From positions 248,001 through 312,000 of the forward strand of contig JAYWIR010000082.1 in the NCBI GenBank assembly GCA_036172245.1: a stretch of DNA of 64,000 bases, in the 5' to 3' direction. Positions 12,801 through 27,299 of this stretch are shown here, piece by piece. Numbering within the stretch: position 1 is the stretch's first letter; each line of letters opens with the position of its first letter. The notes below the pieces were generated by a model. The model was not told the DNA's origin. It made no database searches and saw only the letters and a list, made by a program, of their open reading frames with translations. A program made the translations under genes and the position numbers. The DNA comes from Raillietiella orientalis. Its lineage: Eukaryota.

Positions 12801-13299
12801 TCAAATCTTCTAGTTATTCACAGAACGCAACAACTGAACTGAGCCGAAGTCCCAAAAACCATTCTGAAATCTTTCTTAGTTCCCTTCAAGAAAAACAACT
12901 AGTGATATCTCTCTATAGAAATGAGGACATCTGAATCAGATTCTCGCAATCGTGCTGGCACTCGAAAACTCCAAAGTGGGAAAAAAAAAAAAAAGGCAAG
13001 TACTTAAGATCTCAGTGATTCGTAGTGAAGCACCTTCTTGTTAGCATAGCTCAGCCTCAGAACTCAAGATTGGGTTCCTGAATTGCTAAGTACTCATCCC
13101 TGGTCTCCAAAGAAACGCGCAGTTCCCATATGGCATATCGAACTGTCTCGCAAATCTCTAAGCCAGCGAGGACGAAGGCACATGCGATTCCCTTAATGCC
13201 GAGGAACAGCTGCGAACTTCAGCGGGAATAGCACGGCAATCTGCTGTTCCCACACTGGTCCTACAGATGAATGAGAATGGAACGTGCCAAGTCGAAAGC

Positions 13300-14060
13300 T
13301 TTGTCAGAGGCCACAGCTCTGAAGGGAATAAATGTGACCGGAAACCAACGAATCAATCAACAAACCTTGTTGATATTCCGCCCCTATAAGCAGAGAGGCC
13401 ACCAAGAAATAACGAAAGGAGGAGCACTGTGTCCATTCCGGGGCAAGTTATTTCGCCGTGGTTTCCTGTTTCTTACAATCTTCCGGCTATTCTTCCTCGT
13501 GGGGTAAGACATAAGACAGTTATGCACGATATGAGAACAACCTTCAGTAAACACTTAATGAAACGAAACGAAATGCACCTATTCGAGCGGATTACTTTAC
13601 CATGTGTAGTATGTGTGCAAAAGGAAGTACAATCAAAATGATGTAGTTGATGATGGCATCTGAAACGCATTCAAAGAAGAACAGGGCTCGCCGAAAAAGT
13701 TTGTCGAAAAGGTTGAATTCGAGTGAGATTTGTTCCTGTGCGCAGGATCATGAGATTGCTGGAGTGTATCCGCCGCTGGCTGCAACGTGAGAGAGACGGG
13801 ATGCTCTGATTGATATGTGATTTTTCGCACTTTCTTCCTTCCTGGCACATCATTAATAAGCACTGAATAGCTCGACGAATAGTCCACAGTGCAACGTACT
13901 GTGGACTATTCGTGAATATCAGAACCGACAAATGAGTTAGTGTAGCACACGGCAGCTGCTGCGAGTGAACGCATGAGTGTGATGAGTTGAGTGGTTGAGT
14001 GCCGGGAAGCTCATATAAACGATCCTTCAATTCAGCAAAGACTAGTCCGTCAATCTTGAT
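13300..14060 (-). mobile_element. Decayed non-LTR RT fragment
   Basis: 'DGLVFAELK' (~DGI....LK), 'VALWTIRRAIQCLL', 'LNAF', 'NGHSAPPFVI' (~NG..S..F.I) occur in the expected order. Very degenerate. Confidence 0.35.
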
Positions 14061-14399
14061 TAAATTGGTTCTCTAGTTCGCATCTTTGACTTGATATCTT
14101 AGTCGTTTTGAAGACTATGAAGGAATTCTATCTTTTTTTTTTTGTCATTAAGAACTCTAAACTGCATTCCATTTGTTATTAGATTTTCTCTGAGCAAAGA
14201 AGTCTCTTCTTTCTTTCTCTCTCTTCTTTCTCATTCATCTTTACAAATCTTTCTTTGTCTCTCATTTGTTAAGCACTCATCTTCTAAGCATTTATTGTCC
14301 CACTCTCTCCCGTCTGCCTTCAGGTCCCCGACCCCATTGTGTTCTCTTCACTACTTTTTACAAATAGAAAATCAACCACCACAGGCCAAAGTGATCCGA

Positions 14400-16620
14400 A
14401 AGCGCTGAGTGGGGCTGCTGAAGAATCACGAAGGGAGTCCTGGCTGCTTTCAACTACTCCGAAGTATTCTGCTTCCAGGGATTCCGCTCCTTATCCTAAA
14501 GTATCTGCCGCGGGCATTTCTCAAACAGTTCCACGGCTGTTTTTGTTCCCTGGAAGAACGTTCAATAAAGGTATTCTAATGCATAGAACCGAAGAATAAA
14601 AATCGACTCCGGATCTTACGCAAGGAGATCCCTCTGTAGATAAATTGTCACCAGTCCCGTATGTAACTGACCGGGACTTTTAACTCCAAGCCGAGAGTCG
14701 GAGAGAAAGCAGCAGGGTGCGGTGCCGTGCACACATTTGGAGCGAATTCCTTTCCCGCCCTTTCCGCTATGTTTGCATCTGGGGATGCTGTTTGCCCTTT
14801 GGAAAGATCCCTTGCATCAGACTCATCCGGAATGAGGAAGAGCTTTTGTCCAAATTTCCCTTCTCCTTTTTTTCCCACCCTCTGCTAACAGAATCCATCT
14901 CTTCGCAGAAATAGAACAGAAGTCGAATTGCGTTCAGAGATTCGGGGGCAACCGAGAAGCCACCACCACTCTCGGTTTCTACATAGGAAGATTTCCATGA
15001 ATTTGCGTCCAGGAATAAGAGGGAGATAGAGACGCAGGTGAATCTCACGAACGCATCGGGGGAGGTGTGGTGAGTAGGAACCAGAGGAAATGGAAACCTC
15101 CGCAGATCTGTCTCGATAAGGAAAGTCGTCAATCTGAGTTTTCGGTTAGAAGATTTTTTGCATCTTACTCGCAACGTTCCACGAAACACACATGGGCCAA
15201 CGCAGTGAAACCAACGTGGGTTACCCGGAAAACGACTCTAGGGAAAGGGAATGCAAAGTCCAAGAAATTTGGATTAAGTTCACTCTAGGAAGGTCCTCCG
15301 TTCTTAAATTCTCGTGATGGTAACAGCAACCAATGACTGCTACTATTTATGGAAAGCAAAATCTCCCGGGAAATCTCACCCAGGTACTTTTCTTTATCTT
15401 ACATCGTTCCAATCTTAGTCAAAAACCAAAGACTGAGGTTCATGGCATGGGGAAAATGTGTCAGGTTTGGAACAAAATGGATCTCAGGAAAACGGTATCA
15501 GTTTTGGTTCGAACTGTGCAGTTTTTCGTTCCCTAAGTGGTCACACAGTCACAGAGTTATGCATTGTGATTAGGTCGTTATCCCTTTAAGCTGATGTGAA
15601 GCCTCTCACCCACTGGACTTCACAACGAAGAGAGAAGGTTTACTGGTGCATGAATTTAGTGGCAGATCAACGGTGCAGGCAGCAACATTACCATTCTGTG
15701 GACACAAAAAAGGCGGGATGAAAAGCACCGCAATGGCTTGATCCTTGGGAAGCAGAAGAGTATGCTCAAGTGTCAGGTACTCTAATTTGTCGACGAAGCT
15801 GGAAAGATATTGACAAAATTTCAAATATTGAAAAAATTTATTCCGATGTCCCTGTGATGTCCTCTAGTAACGGTTCGAGATTTGAAAGCTTCAAGCTCCT
15901 CTTTCGCAGAAACTAAAGAGATTATCTCTGCAGAGCAAATTTTTTTTTCAACTTTCAAATTCAAATTCATCAAGACATTCTCAAACACCAAACTATTAAT
16001 TTGGAACCCTTGGTCGGCACTGCTTTAGAGGATGGGTTCATGTCACCCCCAGTAGGACTTTTTCTTGAAAGAGTGACTGGCCTCATGGTTCTTCTAGGGT
16101 GAGTTACCTTTCTTTGCTTCTGGTTGGGTTCTTGATTCACGAAGTAATCTCGATAAACTCTGCTACCGCTGAGGCAGTGTGTATTCTGGTTGAGGCAAAG
16201 AGCTGTTAAAACAAACATGGAGCATATTAATAGAAAAACAAGTGATTTTCCTGCTCGATGCACAGGAACATCTTCTAGAGAGTGAAAACTTCCCGATTCT
16301 CTCTAACGAGGATGACGTTTTCAGTAAAGAATCGTAGTCCTGGAGACTGGATCCAACGTCTCAGGACATCTCATGGCATTCCTTCTCTCAGAGTCATTCT
16401 TACCACTTACCTTCGAAATTCAACAGGATTTGTGGATCGGGAACTCCGATATTCCATACTTCCACTCACACTTCGCATGCAGCAAGCAGACTTCAGAGTG
16501 ACGGTAGTAGCTGCTTTATTCCCGTAAATTCCTTTGATGGACACGAATAGGGAGGCAAGCCGTAGGTTCCTTTTCAAGCACATTCGAGGCATACTGGTTT
16601 CGCTCTTCTGGAGATGGACG
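14400..16620 (+). mobile_element. Several decayed CR1/L2-like RT fragments
   Basis: 'PDLTQGDPSVD' (~DL..AFD.V, ~14610) is followed by 'IWSEFLSRPFRYVCIWG...LLSKFPF' (~W...FL..R...V.I.G...LSP.LF). Also 'YIVPIL' (~15400) and 'TYLRN...V...MQQ...ALF' (~16410-16520). Confidence 0.35.
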
Positions 16621-18329
16621 CTCCGTCATGGTCTTCCCTTCTAACTCTTCTCACAAACTAATCATTATATATTTTTATATTAGATGCTCAAAGAAAAAAC
16701 GAGCGATCTTAGGGATCACCTAGAATCCCAAGGGGAACAAAAACTACGTGACCATACTTCCGTACTCGGGTGTATCCACGAGCTGTTCCTGCATTGCCTG
16801 CAGAATAATTTGTTTGTCAGTCCAAGTTTGCTCCGGGAGGCAGAATGGACTGGTCAATGTATTCGGTGAAAGAAACAATCCCATCAAGTGCTCCATAGAA
16901 ACAAGGGTAATTGATCGAACGATTGAACAGATGTATTTGGATATTTAATTATAGATTAGCTCATTCATGTTTCGTTCAGATGACGTGTTTAATCTAGGGG
17001 ATCATGAGCGAAAGGGAAACGCTCGGCAACGCTTTCTTAATGCAGTGGGATGAAAACATGCACTATGAAAATCGATTGAATGGCAAACATGCAGACGTCA
17101 GGATGGAGCGTCTTTGCGCAAACCCGAGTACCAATGATGGTACGCATGCTTGAACTGTATGTGACCCCATCTTTGTGCTGGAAAGAGTTCAATAGTGTCC
17201 GCACAGCGATCCCAAAGGAAGCACAACATATCTGGAACTTCCTGTTTTGCAAATGGGAGCTGCGCTGCCGAGGCAGTTGGGGAATGATCGGATTGCCAGG
17301 ATGTGCGCTTCCTGTTGCCTTGAGACAGCCCTGCTGCCGAAGTCTGCGACTTGAAGAAATCTCGGTTCCCTTCGGTTCTGTCATGCTAGAGAGCTTCGTG
17401 AACCCCCCCTAAAGAGAAGGAAGAATTCTTCGGCACTCGACGAACCCCCCAAAAAGAAAAAAACTCGAAGAAAAGAACAAACAAACTGGAAGGGAATTAG
17501 CGAAAACAGGAGAACCCATGACCTCCCCCCCCCCATGAATCGTGTTTCATCGTAAGTTACACGATGAGGTTAGAGGGAGGCACGTCCTATTTTTAAATAG
17601 GAATCCGCCTTCAGCTTCACATTTTTGCGGCTCTTTCGGAGAAAGTCGTCAGGGGAAACTGAATACGTTACAGAATTCTGAAGATTCAATCGTTTCGTAG
17701 GATGCTGGTTGGTTTTTGATGCTAACAGAATTATCATCTGAGATGAGGAAGAAGCCACAATTTAGAAGATAGTTGCATTTGCCTGCAGCAAAATACGACG
17801 TTTAACACCCTGCTCTGTTGATGAGTTCCCTTTGAACTTCATGTGCACAATTGGAGTTTCTGTTTCCACTAATTCCCTTCCAGCTTTTTTTTTCTTTTCC
17901 GGGTTTTTTTTTTTTTTTTTTAGCTTCTCCAAGTACTGAAGAACCGTTTGCCTTCTAAGGAGGGGGAGAGAGAGGTGAGGATCCCTCAAGTTAGGGGTTA
18001 ATCCTGGAGGGACCACCTTATGAAATCGGGAAGGCTTCTTGAGGAAGGCTCCTCAAGAAGAACGGAGTCCTTCTTGCTAGGGAATTCCGAAAGCAAAAGC
18101 AACCCTTGCCCTGGTTGTCACCGAAGGGAAACTCTTCCTTATTTTCTTCGGAAGGACCTTTAGAAATAAGCAACTTTTCATTTTCTCCTTCGGAGGAAAC
18201 CGCTCCTTGTTTTCTCCTCTGAAGAGAACCCCGAAGAGACACTTCGAAATTTCTCCGAAGGACGCTCCACGAAGGGAGCAGCGCGCTTCTGAAATAGTGG
18301 AGGGGCAATTCCCCTCCCCCCCCCTCTGT

Positions 18330-18650
18330 TCTAGAATTTCACCCCCCGAGTAGAGTATCAGCCAGCTCCATGCGACGGCTCCATTTTCACAACCGGAGGG
18401 GAACCCTGAAGGACTGCGTGATTTCTGGAAGGACCCAGAAGTCAACTTCCAATCCCGGCCACTTAGCGGGGTCATCCGGCTTCCACTGGTGCCACACCCG
18501 TAGCCTATAAGACCAGCCAGCTCATCCTGCGGGGAAAACTCGAAACCCGCATCGCACCCATTTCTCGGCGTCAATCCTCCACGTGGGGATTCGAACCCGC
18601 AACTCCTGGTACCAGGTGCGGAGAGCGTAGCCACAGAGCCTCCAATGAGG
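18330..18650 (-). mobile_element. tRNA-derived SINE
   Basis: The minus strand has an A-box-like GGCTCTGTGGCTAC (~18627-18640) and a perfect B box GGTTCGAATCC (18587-18597) at tRNA-like spacing, followed by a non-tRNA body. The 3' end is uncertain. Confidence 0.7.
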
Positions 18651-20449
18651 GTCAGTGCATTTGTTCGGCATGCCGAGAATCGCTCCGGCTGTTTGCCACT
18701 CGCTTGCATGATCTGTGGAGTTGACTTTTTCGAGAACCACGTTCCCGTGAATAAAACCATTGCATGTTTCCATGCTGGTCCAACATAAAGGAAAAGAACT
18801 ATTATCTGATTTCCAGAGATATCGTGCAGATATCAATTGCGGTGAAGAGTAGACTTGTGGCTGATTTTCCCTTTGGGAACCCTTAGTCTCTCTAATGTCG
18901 GCTTTATCTTATGACTGAACTCACTATCAACCATATCCTATCACCATCTTATTACAGCCCGATCCAAGTATGAGGCTAATATTTTTGAAAATTGGGAGAG
19001 TGAAGAGCGAAACCCATCTTTCCTTGCAATTAGCAGAAAATAGAACTTCATTTTTCTCCAGCATACGAAGTTTGCTCTACGAGAGGAGTTTCTAATTAGC
19101 CTTGGATTCTCCCTGTGACGGAGAGAACGCAATGCATGTAGGTCTTCCTGTAGTCCTCACCATCACTTCTTGAGCGATCACTTCTCCTTTGCACTCTGCT
19201 TTCATTGCATTTCTTTTTCATACTTCGTCTACCTGCATTCCATTTGAGGAGTTGATGCAGATGAACCAGAGTGCTTCGGCATCCTTCGCAAATACTTAAG
19301 TAACACTCTCATCACCTTGTTGTTCTTCAAATAGATGCACTGAGCAGCCACCCCACAATTTGCAGAGTTGGGTCTTTCTCGTCTAACGTTTCTTTCTCAT
19401 CCTTATACCCATTTTCCTGAAGGAAACTGCTGTACATATTGTAGATTTCTTCAGATCTTTTTGTGTTGAATCATCTTCAGGCATTGATCTGTTCTTGAAG
19501 GGTCGATGCCGGAATTACAACCGGTAAAAGGGCTTAGAGTCACCTTAGAATTCTTGTAAACGTGTAATTGTGTTGGAAACCTTTCCTGAACCCGAAGTGT
19601 TTTCGACTAGTCTACCCTCCAAGATTTGTATGTGAAGATTGTCCGCCCTGATCATCATGAATTCTTTTCGATTTTGGCGCGCCAGACGACTGCCTAGGTT
19701 GCCCCTATGGAACCGGCTACGGTTTCGTCGTGTCACATGCTGAAGGCGAATTCCATGCCCTTCACGGAGGGGTGCAAATGAAGTTCTATCCATTAATGGT
19801 TCTTTCAGTTATGCGCAACTTTGGGTTGATACCTGAAAACGAGTTTTTTTTTTTGTTGTTGTTGTTGTAGAGCATCCTTATGTACCTTTAGGAGCGCAAT
19901 CATTTCAGTGGATTAACTCGTTTGGAGGGTGGTTATTAGGAAGGCGTCTCCTACTAAACTGAGAATTACACGAATTTAAAAATGACAAAGCGGATATTGC
20001 AAAACATCAATCCTATAAGCAAGCAAAAAGATTTCGAAGAAATGTACGATCATAAAAACCCTGAAGAAACAAAATAAACTTCAATTGCTTCACGTGGCAA
20101 AGTTGCCATCGAGTCGAGTGTGTGCTTGCTGAAGATCGCCAGAAAGTGCAACTCTTGCAGAGGAAATCGTGTTGTTGAATCAGTTCCAGAGCAGCTCGGT
20201 TTTGGTAATTGCGGCTTTCATTTCTTATGATGACATACAATTCATGAATTTCTCATCGAGCCTTCTCTTATTCATTACGCATAATTTTCTCTTTTCTTCG
20301 TAATTACTGCCTTCTCTGGACAGCCTCTCTGGGTTGCATCCTATTGATTTGATGCCGAACTCTTGGTTGTGTAATGAATGGCATGAATCCTTTCGATTTC
20401 ACTTTGCGCTTGCAACTCCCATCATCTAATGAAGGATCGATGAATCACA

Positions 20450-21000
20450 TGAATGAAAATGAGTTACTGAGCTGCTGGCAAATACTAGGACAAGGCAATC
20501 AGCGCGTCATCCAAGAACTTCATTTAACATTTACATTCTCCTAGAGACGAGTTCTGAATCCATGTTCTGCGTTGGGCTCTACCCAAACTTGTGCTTTGTG
20601 TCAAGTTTGGGTGCTTTGTGTGACCTCCATGATTTCCAAGACTTGCCTGACACATGTTTCCAAACATATGCATCAGAAAACTTTTCCAGCTTCAATACCC
20701 TTCACGAGATGGGAATCCCCTTCATCTCGCAGTCAGATGCTTTGTAAGAAAGGGTGGAAGTACCTTAACGGGACTTTTTTTTTCCCCCTCCCCGCAAGGG
20801 AGAGATTACGACCCCAGCTTACTGCCGCCAATTTAAAAATGAGTGAACTGGCTATTATAATTAGTTTTATGTAAGCATAAGCGGCTTGTAAAGGGAACTA
20901 CGAAGAAGAAAATTTGCATTTCGTCAGATAAACCAGATTGGGAGTCGTGGAAGTTATTCCACTGTTGAAATGTTCTTTTCAGTGTTTATGGGACTGCATT
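20450..21000 (+). mobile_element. Decayed LINE RT fragment
   Basis: 'HDFQDLPD' (~DF.KAFD, ~20630) and 'PQGRDYDPSL' (~PQG..L.P.L, ~20795) are ~165 nt apart, as expected for RT domains 3 and 4. Confidence 0.35.
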
Positions 21001-23749
21001 TTATGGGTTTGTCTTAAAGGCAGTTACCAAAAACTATGGGTAAGCAGCAAAAGTCCTCCATCAGAAACTCCGTTCGAACTGTTCCCAGCCTCCCGATCAG
21101 AATTTCCATGCCAGCTTTTTCATATTCCTGTTTTCCACCGAACAGAAAAGAACAAACTCTAGGCACATAATTCAGAGTTTTGTTCCTCTTCTGAAATTTT
21201 CCTTCTAAGGTAATTCTTCGTGACATAGCTCAAATGGTACTGACACGTTTGTGCATTTACTCTTAGATCCTAAAGCGAATCCCTGCAAAGTAATCCCTGA
21301 AATTTAGTAGTCAGGGTAGAAAGGAGCTACGCCGGAAGTTTGATCTGATTTCCACTACTTTATTTCTTTTCGAGATGATTATTTCCATTTCCAGTTTGGC
21401 TCGTTGCTCAAGGAAAGGTAGGTCCAGTTTCTCTTGAAGCCTTCAGCTAGCATTCTACACATGTCTAACTGTCCTCTTCGGAAGGAAAGATGTCTGGAGA
21501 ACAAAAAGTTTTTTCATCATAGATTTTACACAAGGTCTGACTGTCCACTAAAGCAACCACATTCAGTGATATTAAGTGTCGTACTCCAGAGACTCCAGAA
21601 TGGACAGATCGTGATCCCAATCACTAACTGCTCAAAAATTTGATCTCCCATTACTTTTTTCCTTAGTTTTACCAAGGATTTCAAAACATCGCTATGTACT
21701 GCATGTACTTATTGCGGTGCATCTCGCTTTCAGGGAAAGACGAAGTCAGTTTTTGTTCGATCTTTAGCAAAAACTGAATTTCCACAAGCGGTTGGTACAT
21801 TGCGTGTGGTACATTGTTCGGAAGATACGGATGCAATTTTCAAGAGCCGATAAATAAGATTTCGCATCCCTATAAGCATTCATCTAGACTGTGTTAACTA
21901 ACTCTCGTACCTCCTATTCATTATCCTATAATTGGTTTTTTTTTTTTCCCCGTAGTTTTAGCCCGAGTCTCTCTGGCGAAAAGATTGTGTTCCGTGTGCG
22001 GCTGATAACTCTGGAAACCTACGGGGAGCGGTCACAATTTTTTAACATGAATAATTCAAAAGAATGTCATGACGTGACTGGGAGAAGGAAAAGCAATCCT
22101 GCTGTTAGGTCAAGACCCAGTTATTCGAATATGAAAATCAAAACATAGAAGTTCAAAACCGGCGTTGAATTTTCTGCTCATAAAACGAGAGATCGGTGCA
22201 TCACAGAGAGGAAAATGATGAGACTTCTGATTTTAAATAATCAAAATCCTAACTAAATAATTCACAGATGTGATGGTGCTTTGAGGCCTATAATCATTGG
22301 TTTGCATCGGTTTAAAGATTGCACGGTTTTCTCAGCGCTCTTTAAACGCAAATTGCACACTCACCCTTCCTCTACTAGAAGGATCTTTTCAATAAATATT
22401 TTCGTGAATCCCACACGACTACATAACTGAGTATGTGTTCTCAGTCTCTTGCAGCCAATGTACGTACGTTCATCACACTGATTAAAACAGTCGATCTTTA
22501 AAGCTGTTTTCTGTTTTGCGTGTGTTATCAGGACTTTCCAAAAACTCACTGTGTGTGCAGTCTTCTAAAATAGTCTTCCAGTATCCCTTGGAACGCTCCT
22601 TGCATTCATGCGTGACAGCATGTAAACTTTGGGAGCTATCGAAACTGGGAGCATGTTACAGGTGCTTTCGGTTTCGGTCTGGTTCACCTGAGGGTATCCC
22701 AGATGGATGCACGAAAAATAATCTGTCATACTCTTTGTGTTGGAGTAATGAACAAGGTCCATGAGACAAAACTGTGAAACCCACTGTGCTCATTCAACAT
22801 CGAAAAGCAATTCATTGGCCTATCAGGGCTCAAGTTGAGCTTCGTCTGTTCAATAAGCTTCCTCTATTGAAGTCTATTTTATCGCTTTCTCCGGCATATT
22901 TCACGATTTTCTGGTTTCATTAAGTTTTAGATATTCTAATACGTCTTCGTAAAGATAAGTCGGTGGACATCCATTTAATGATGAAAAAAAAAAAAAGAAG
23001 CGGAGGAGCTCTCTTCCTGGATGACATTTTGATAAAGGTCACAGAATTGCAAAAGGTTGGGCCTTGATCAGTGGATCAGTGGATTTACTGTGATCGATAT
23101 AATAATAATTTTTCCAGAGAGTCGTCTTTGGTGGAAATTGACGATTCATTTTTTCCCTGTGTCTTTGCATGTACGTCTTGCTGCTCTTTTTTCACATTCT
23201 TTTCAGATCGCAGGCGAATCCGATCCAAACTCAGAGCTCAGATGATTAACTGGAAAAACGCTAATTTGCGTTGTTCCCGCATTATTTTGTGAAAAACCGG
23301 TGGGATTTCATGGATGCTCAAATGCAAAAGCTGTAAGATAAATTCATCTCACCTGATACCTTTCTGGCTCATCCAATCCCACACAGGTCATCCTTCCTCC
23401 GAAAAGCATCGACAGTGGTTGGTTTAAGCAACTGAAAAAAATTAATCGCGGATGAGAGAGGCATCTGTCCTTTATGTATGCAGGATTTACTAAGAAATGA
23501 AATGAGCACCACCACCTAATAACAGTCGAAGAGGTCTCTTAGGAAAAAGAGCTCCTATCCTAAAGTTTTCCACCCATTACAAGCCATAGGAATGTGTGGT
23601 ACGGATGCGTATGATGGAAAGATTCTTTATCCCCCCTCCCTGCCACTGAAATCTCACATGTGCGATACCAGATATTTCAGTTTGTTCTTTCCGAAAGCTG
23701 TAGGGCTATAAAGATTTCTCTAGCAATGCACCCAAGCATTAGGTTGTTT

Positions 23750-24300
23750 GAGTATCTGCAAAGTTCGACTTCTCAACTCTGAAAAAGGATTTTTAGGTTC
23801 TGATCACGGAAAAAGAACTTTAGTAGTGGAAATTGGCAGTATACAAAGGAAACACTGCAAGCTTCGTGGCAGCCTTCAGGATATTGTAATAAGGAGCACC
23901 TAGGATGAGAAGGAAACATACTGATTCCCAGTTTATTCATTGAGGGTCACCTATGCCCTAAATGAACTGGAGTGCTAGAAACTGAAGGTTTTTTTTTTTT
24001 TCATTTGAACTTATATGTGTGTGAGTGACTCATTACTTCCAATGACTTTGAAGTTTTCCATAAAGATGAGCAATACTGCAGAGTGAAAGTGAGTCCAGCT
24101 GACTATGGACAAAACTCTGAAGCTCTTACTATGGGTCCAGGAAAACTCAGTCTCATGAACTATACTTCGATTACTAGAGAAGTAAACCATCAAAGACATA
24201 CGAGAGTTAACAAAGGAAACTATTCGCTCATCCAGAGATGAGAAAACCGTCTCTTTCAGTTGAAGACTATGAAATATCATTCAGGAAACTACTCCCATTG
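23750..24300 (-). mobile_element. Decayed Penelope-like element RT fragment
   Basis: 'DERIVSF...SL' (~lvSFDV.SL) and 'SAVLLIFMENF' (~S..LA.IFME.F), then 'FRH' at the RYVDD position (~23955). Confidence 0.4.
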
Positions 24301-24849
24301 CTGTGGTATGAAGTACTTGCAGAGACCTCCAGATCGGCGATCTGTGCCACAACCTGTGTTTGTGAAAGAAACTCTTCTCCGTTAACTTTCAGAAGTGAAT
24401 GCAGTGGCACGACTATATTGCTCCACATGAGAAATCAATATCTTTTGGTACAGAGCTCAGTGCTAGCAGTGAAGCTTTATTGCAACAAAGCCTCCAGATG
24501 CCATAAAGGAAGCTGAGTTAGCACTCTAGAAAATTTAAGCATGTGGATCATAGTACCTTGTCATTTCTAAAGTAGTTTCGGATGAAGAGGATGGCGAGGA
24601 AAATACCTTTAGAAACTCGATATCAGCAGCGCAGAAGGATCATGTTGATGGAAACCCATCGAGCTGTTAGAACCAAGATTTCACCCATCACTTAAAAAAA
24701 AAAAAGAAAAAGGGAAGCGCGTAGAAAAGAAAACCTGAGCGAGATGAATGCGAAAGCACAACACGTTGTACATGATTTTCTCAGATTCAGTTTGTTTCCT
24801 AATCACTAGCGTTTCGGTTTTGCTGTTCTAAACGCATGGTTTTCACTTC

Positions 24850-26260
24850 GCTCCTATCCTCCAGCCATCTTTCTCATCATTGCTCTCTTGAACCGCGAAA
24901 TGTATTTTCTCCATATGCAGGGATGCTTGAGAGTAAGAAAATTTCATCTCACACACGGAAAAGTTTCAATGAATTATCTTTGGGAACCAGGCAGTGTCCA
25001 TATAAACGTAGGTGGCATTGCATCGGGACAGCACTGCGCTCACAGAAATTTCATAGCTCAATTTCTCATTTGCATGCTTACTCTATCCAGATTCTTGGTT
25101 TTGATCTTCCCGTTGTTCTAGAGCGGAATTCGTCCCTCTTTTCAACTTTCCTCATTTTTTAGCTTTCCTAATGAACTTTTAATCAAGAGCTTTTCTTAAA
25201 GAGCGAGGATGTGCATATTTGACTGTGATTTAGTTTCCTGGATCAAGGTCGTCATCTGGATTATAGAGATTTGGATAGTAAAGCGATACGAAAAAGGATC
25301 GTGGATTTTGGCTAAGAACAGCTCGTTACAAACATATGGAATGGAAAGTTCTCCGGCAGCATTATATCGCTGTTGACAGTTTTTTAAATGACAGAAACAC
25401 ATTTGTTTCACTGCATAAGCACGAATTTCTCCTTGTTCAGTTTATCCACTTGCATTGCTGAAATGGATAAGATTTAATGGGTTCCATGGTGCTGCTTCCC
25501 GCAGGTAAAGCTGCATCCCGAATTTGCGTTCTATTCTTCTGACGTGAACAGAGTGCAAGAAAATACTGAATGAAATGGAGATCTAATTTGTTGGAATACC
25601 ATGAAGGAATTGCATGCATGTTTCCTGGGGGCGTCGTGATATATTCGGAGAAATGATCTGTTTCCTTGAAGGGAACTTTCAGAAAACTTCCTAGATGCAT
25701 AAACTAGATAATTACCAACCCGAAAGAAGTTTTCTTGTATTATGTAGGTCATTCTATTGATAAAGAATTAGAAACCTGAAGTGAACCTCTTGTTTTCCTC
25801 CGGAAGTTTCAAGGAGAAATGACCGTGAGCTTAAAGACAACACAGTTTTTACAGGCTCGTGGCACACGGGGCAAACTTTTCTGTTTTCTGCGAAGCACTG
25901 AGTAAGAAACTTTGAATACATTTCATGACGGATAAGGGGAAACAGTCTGGGAAGGACATCAAAATGGAAACGGTGGAAACAAGCAACCATCGTACTGGAC
26001 TTTGCCATCAGATAGATGGCAATTTGATGCAGAACGGATGGATAAGTGAGTTCTTTGACACAGCAATTAGCTGTAATCATTGCTTTTTAACAGAAGCAGC
26101 AGTAATTGTCTGGAATTTCTTGAGATGCGGTTTGTAAACAATATTCGTTGTCCACAACCTGCAGTTTGCTTGGATTCCTTGTATCCTTGTCCAGGCTCTA
26201 TTGCGAAAGCAGACATCTGTAGGGTGGCTACATACTAACACCCCACGGATATGATCAGTA
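24850..26260 (-). mobile_element. Decayed Penelope-like element (RT + GIY-YIG endonuclease)
   Basis: Ordered motifs: 'HQIAIYLMAKS' (~Q..G.AMGS), 'FLLE...VHF' (~FT.E...LPFLD), 'FKETDHFSEYITTPP' (~RK.T..YL...S.HP), 'ALCS...KSYP' (~ICS...NGYP), 'IPYV', then 'LSYEI...RCNATYV' (~VY.I.C..C...YVG, 25005-25060). Confidence 0.65.
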
Positions 26261-27299
26261 GTTTTTCATTTTTACTTTTTGCTTTCCAAGATCTTGCCTT
26301 TCACACTCGAAAATCTTCAGCTATCCAGTGAGAGAAATTGAAGTGCAGCACCAAATCATACGATTTTCTTGTTCACCTTCCACGCAGATTCCCTAGTTTT
26401 CATTTTTTTCCCTGCCTCTCCTTCATCTCTTCAGCATTCACTTGAGCATAAATATGAAGATACGAGAAACTTCGAAGTTTGGAATCAGAGAAAATCACCT
26501 GCAGATCAGGGAACTTGCTGCCTCCCTGTTAAGGAACAAAACAGAATTCCTTTCTGTTTCATTCACCTCCATTTGAGTCAGTCCATCTTCCTCTGTCTTC
26601 ATCCAAACTCCTGTTTGGCAGAATCGTTTTAAAAAAAAAAAAAATGAAATGACGTTTTTCATGAAATGTTTCACATATCGTGTACGTGTCGTACGCTTCA
26701 CATTTAAAAGGTCTGATATTTCACGCCCTCGAGAAAATTCAGCAGAGCGACTCGAGACGAGATGGATGCTGAGGAAGAACATACGTACGCACACTCATCA
26801 CTAAGAATTCTTCCTCTCGATCAATGGTAAGCCTCTAAACCATGATAGAAAATGTATAGAAAGCTTAAAGAACGTCTTTTATTTAGGACAGGCTACTGGA
26901 ATTCATTACTGTTTTGTCTGAACGTCTCCATTGAAACAGGAGCAGCATTCGAAGAATTCTAATGTCCGGCAAGTAATATTGTCCAACTCAACGAGATCCT
27001 GAAGGAAAAACTTAGCTTACTTTCCGCGTATAAATTTTCTCCCCTCCATCTCTGATACCATCAGTCGCTAGCTTTCGCCATTGATCTGTCTTCTATGGGA
27101 ATATTTTCAAGAGATAGAGTGCACAATGGAATCGAATGGGAATAGAAGAAATGGTTTTAAGCAAAGTGGAAGAGATGATGATAATGCATGATACCCAGTC
27201 TAGTGCTTCTTGGACAAATGCATCGAACTGAGTACATTAGTGATCACCTGAAGAGGGAGAATTTCTGAAGAGATGAGAGATCTTCAGGACAAATGCAGC

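Noticed and set aside
18575..18650. tRNA gene
   Set aside because: A and B boxes are present, but no acceptor stem or proper anticodon arm (the middle is the palindrome CCTGGTACCAGG). Better read as a SINE head.
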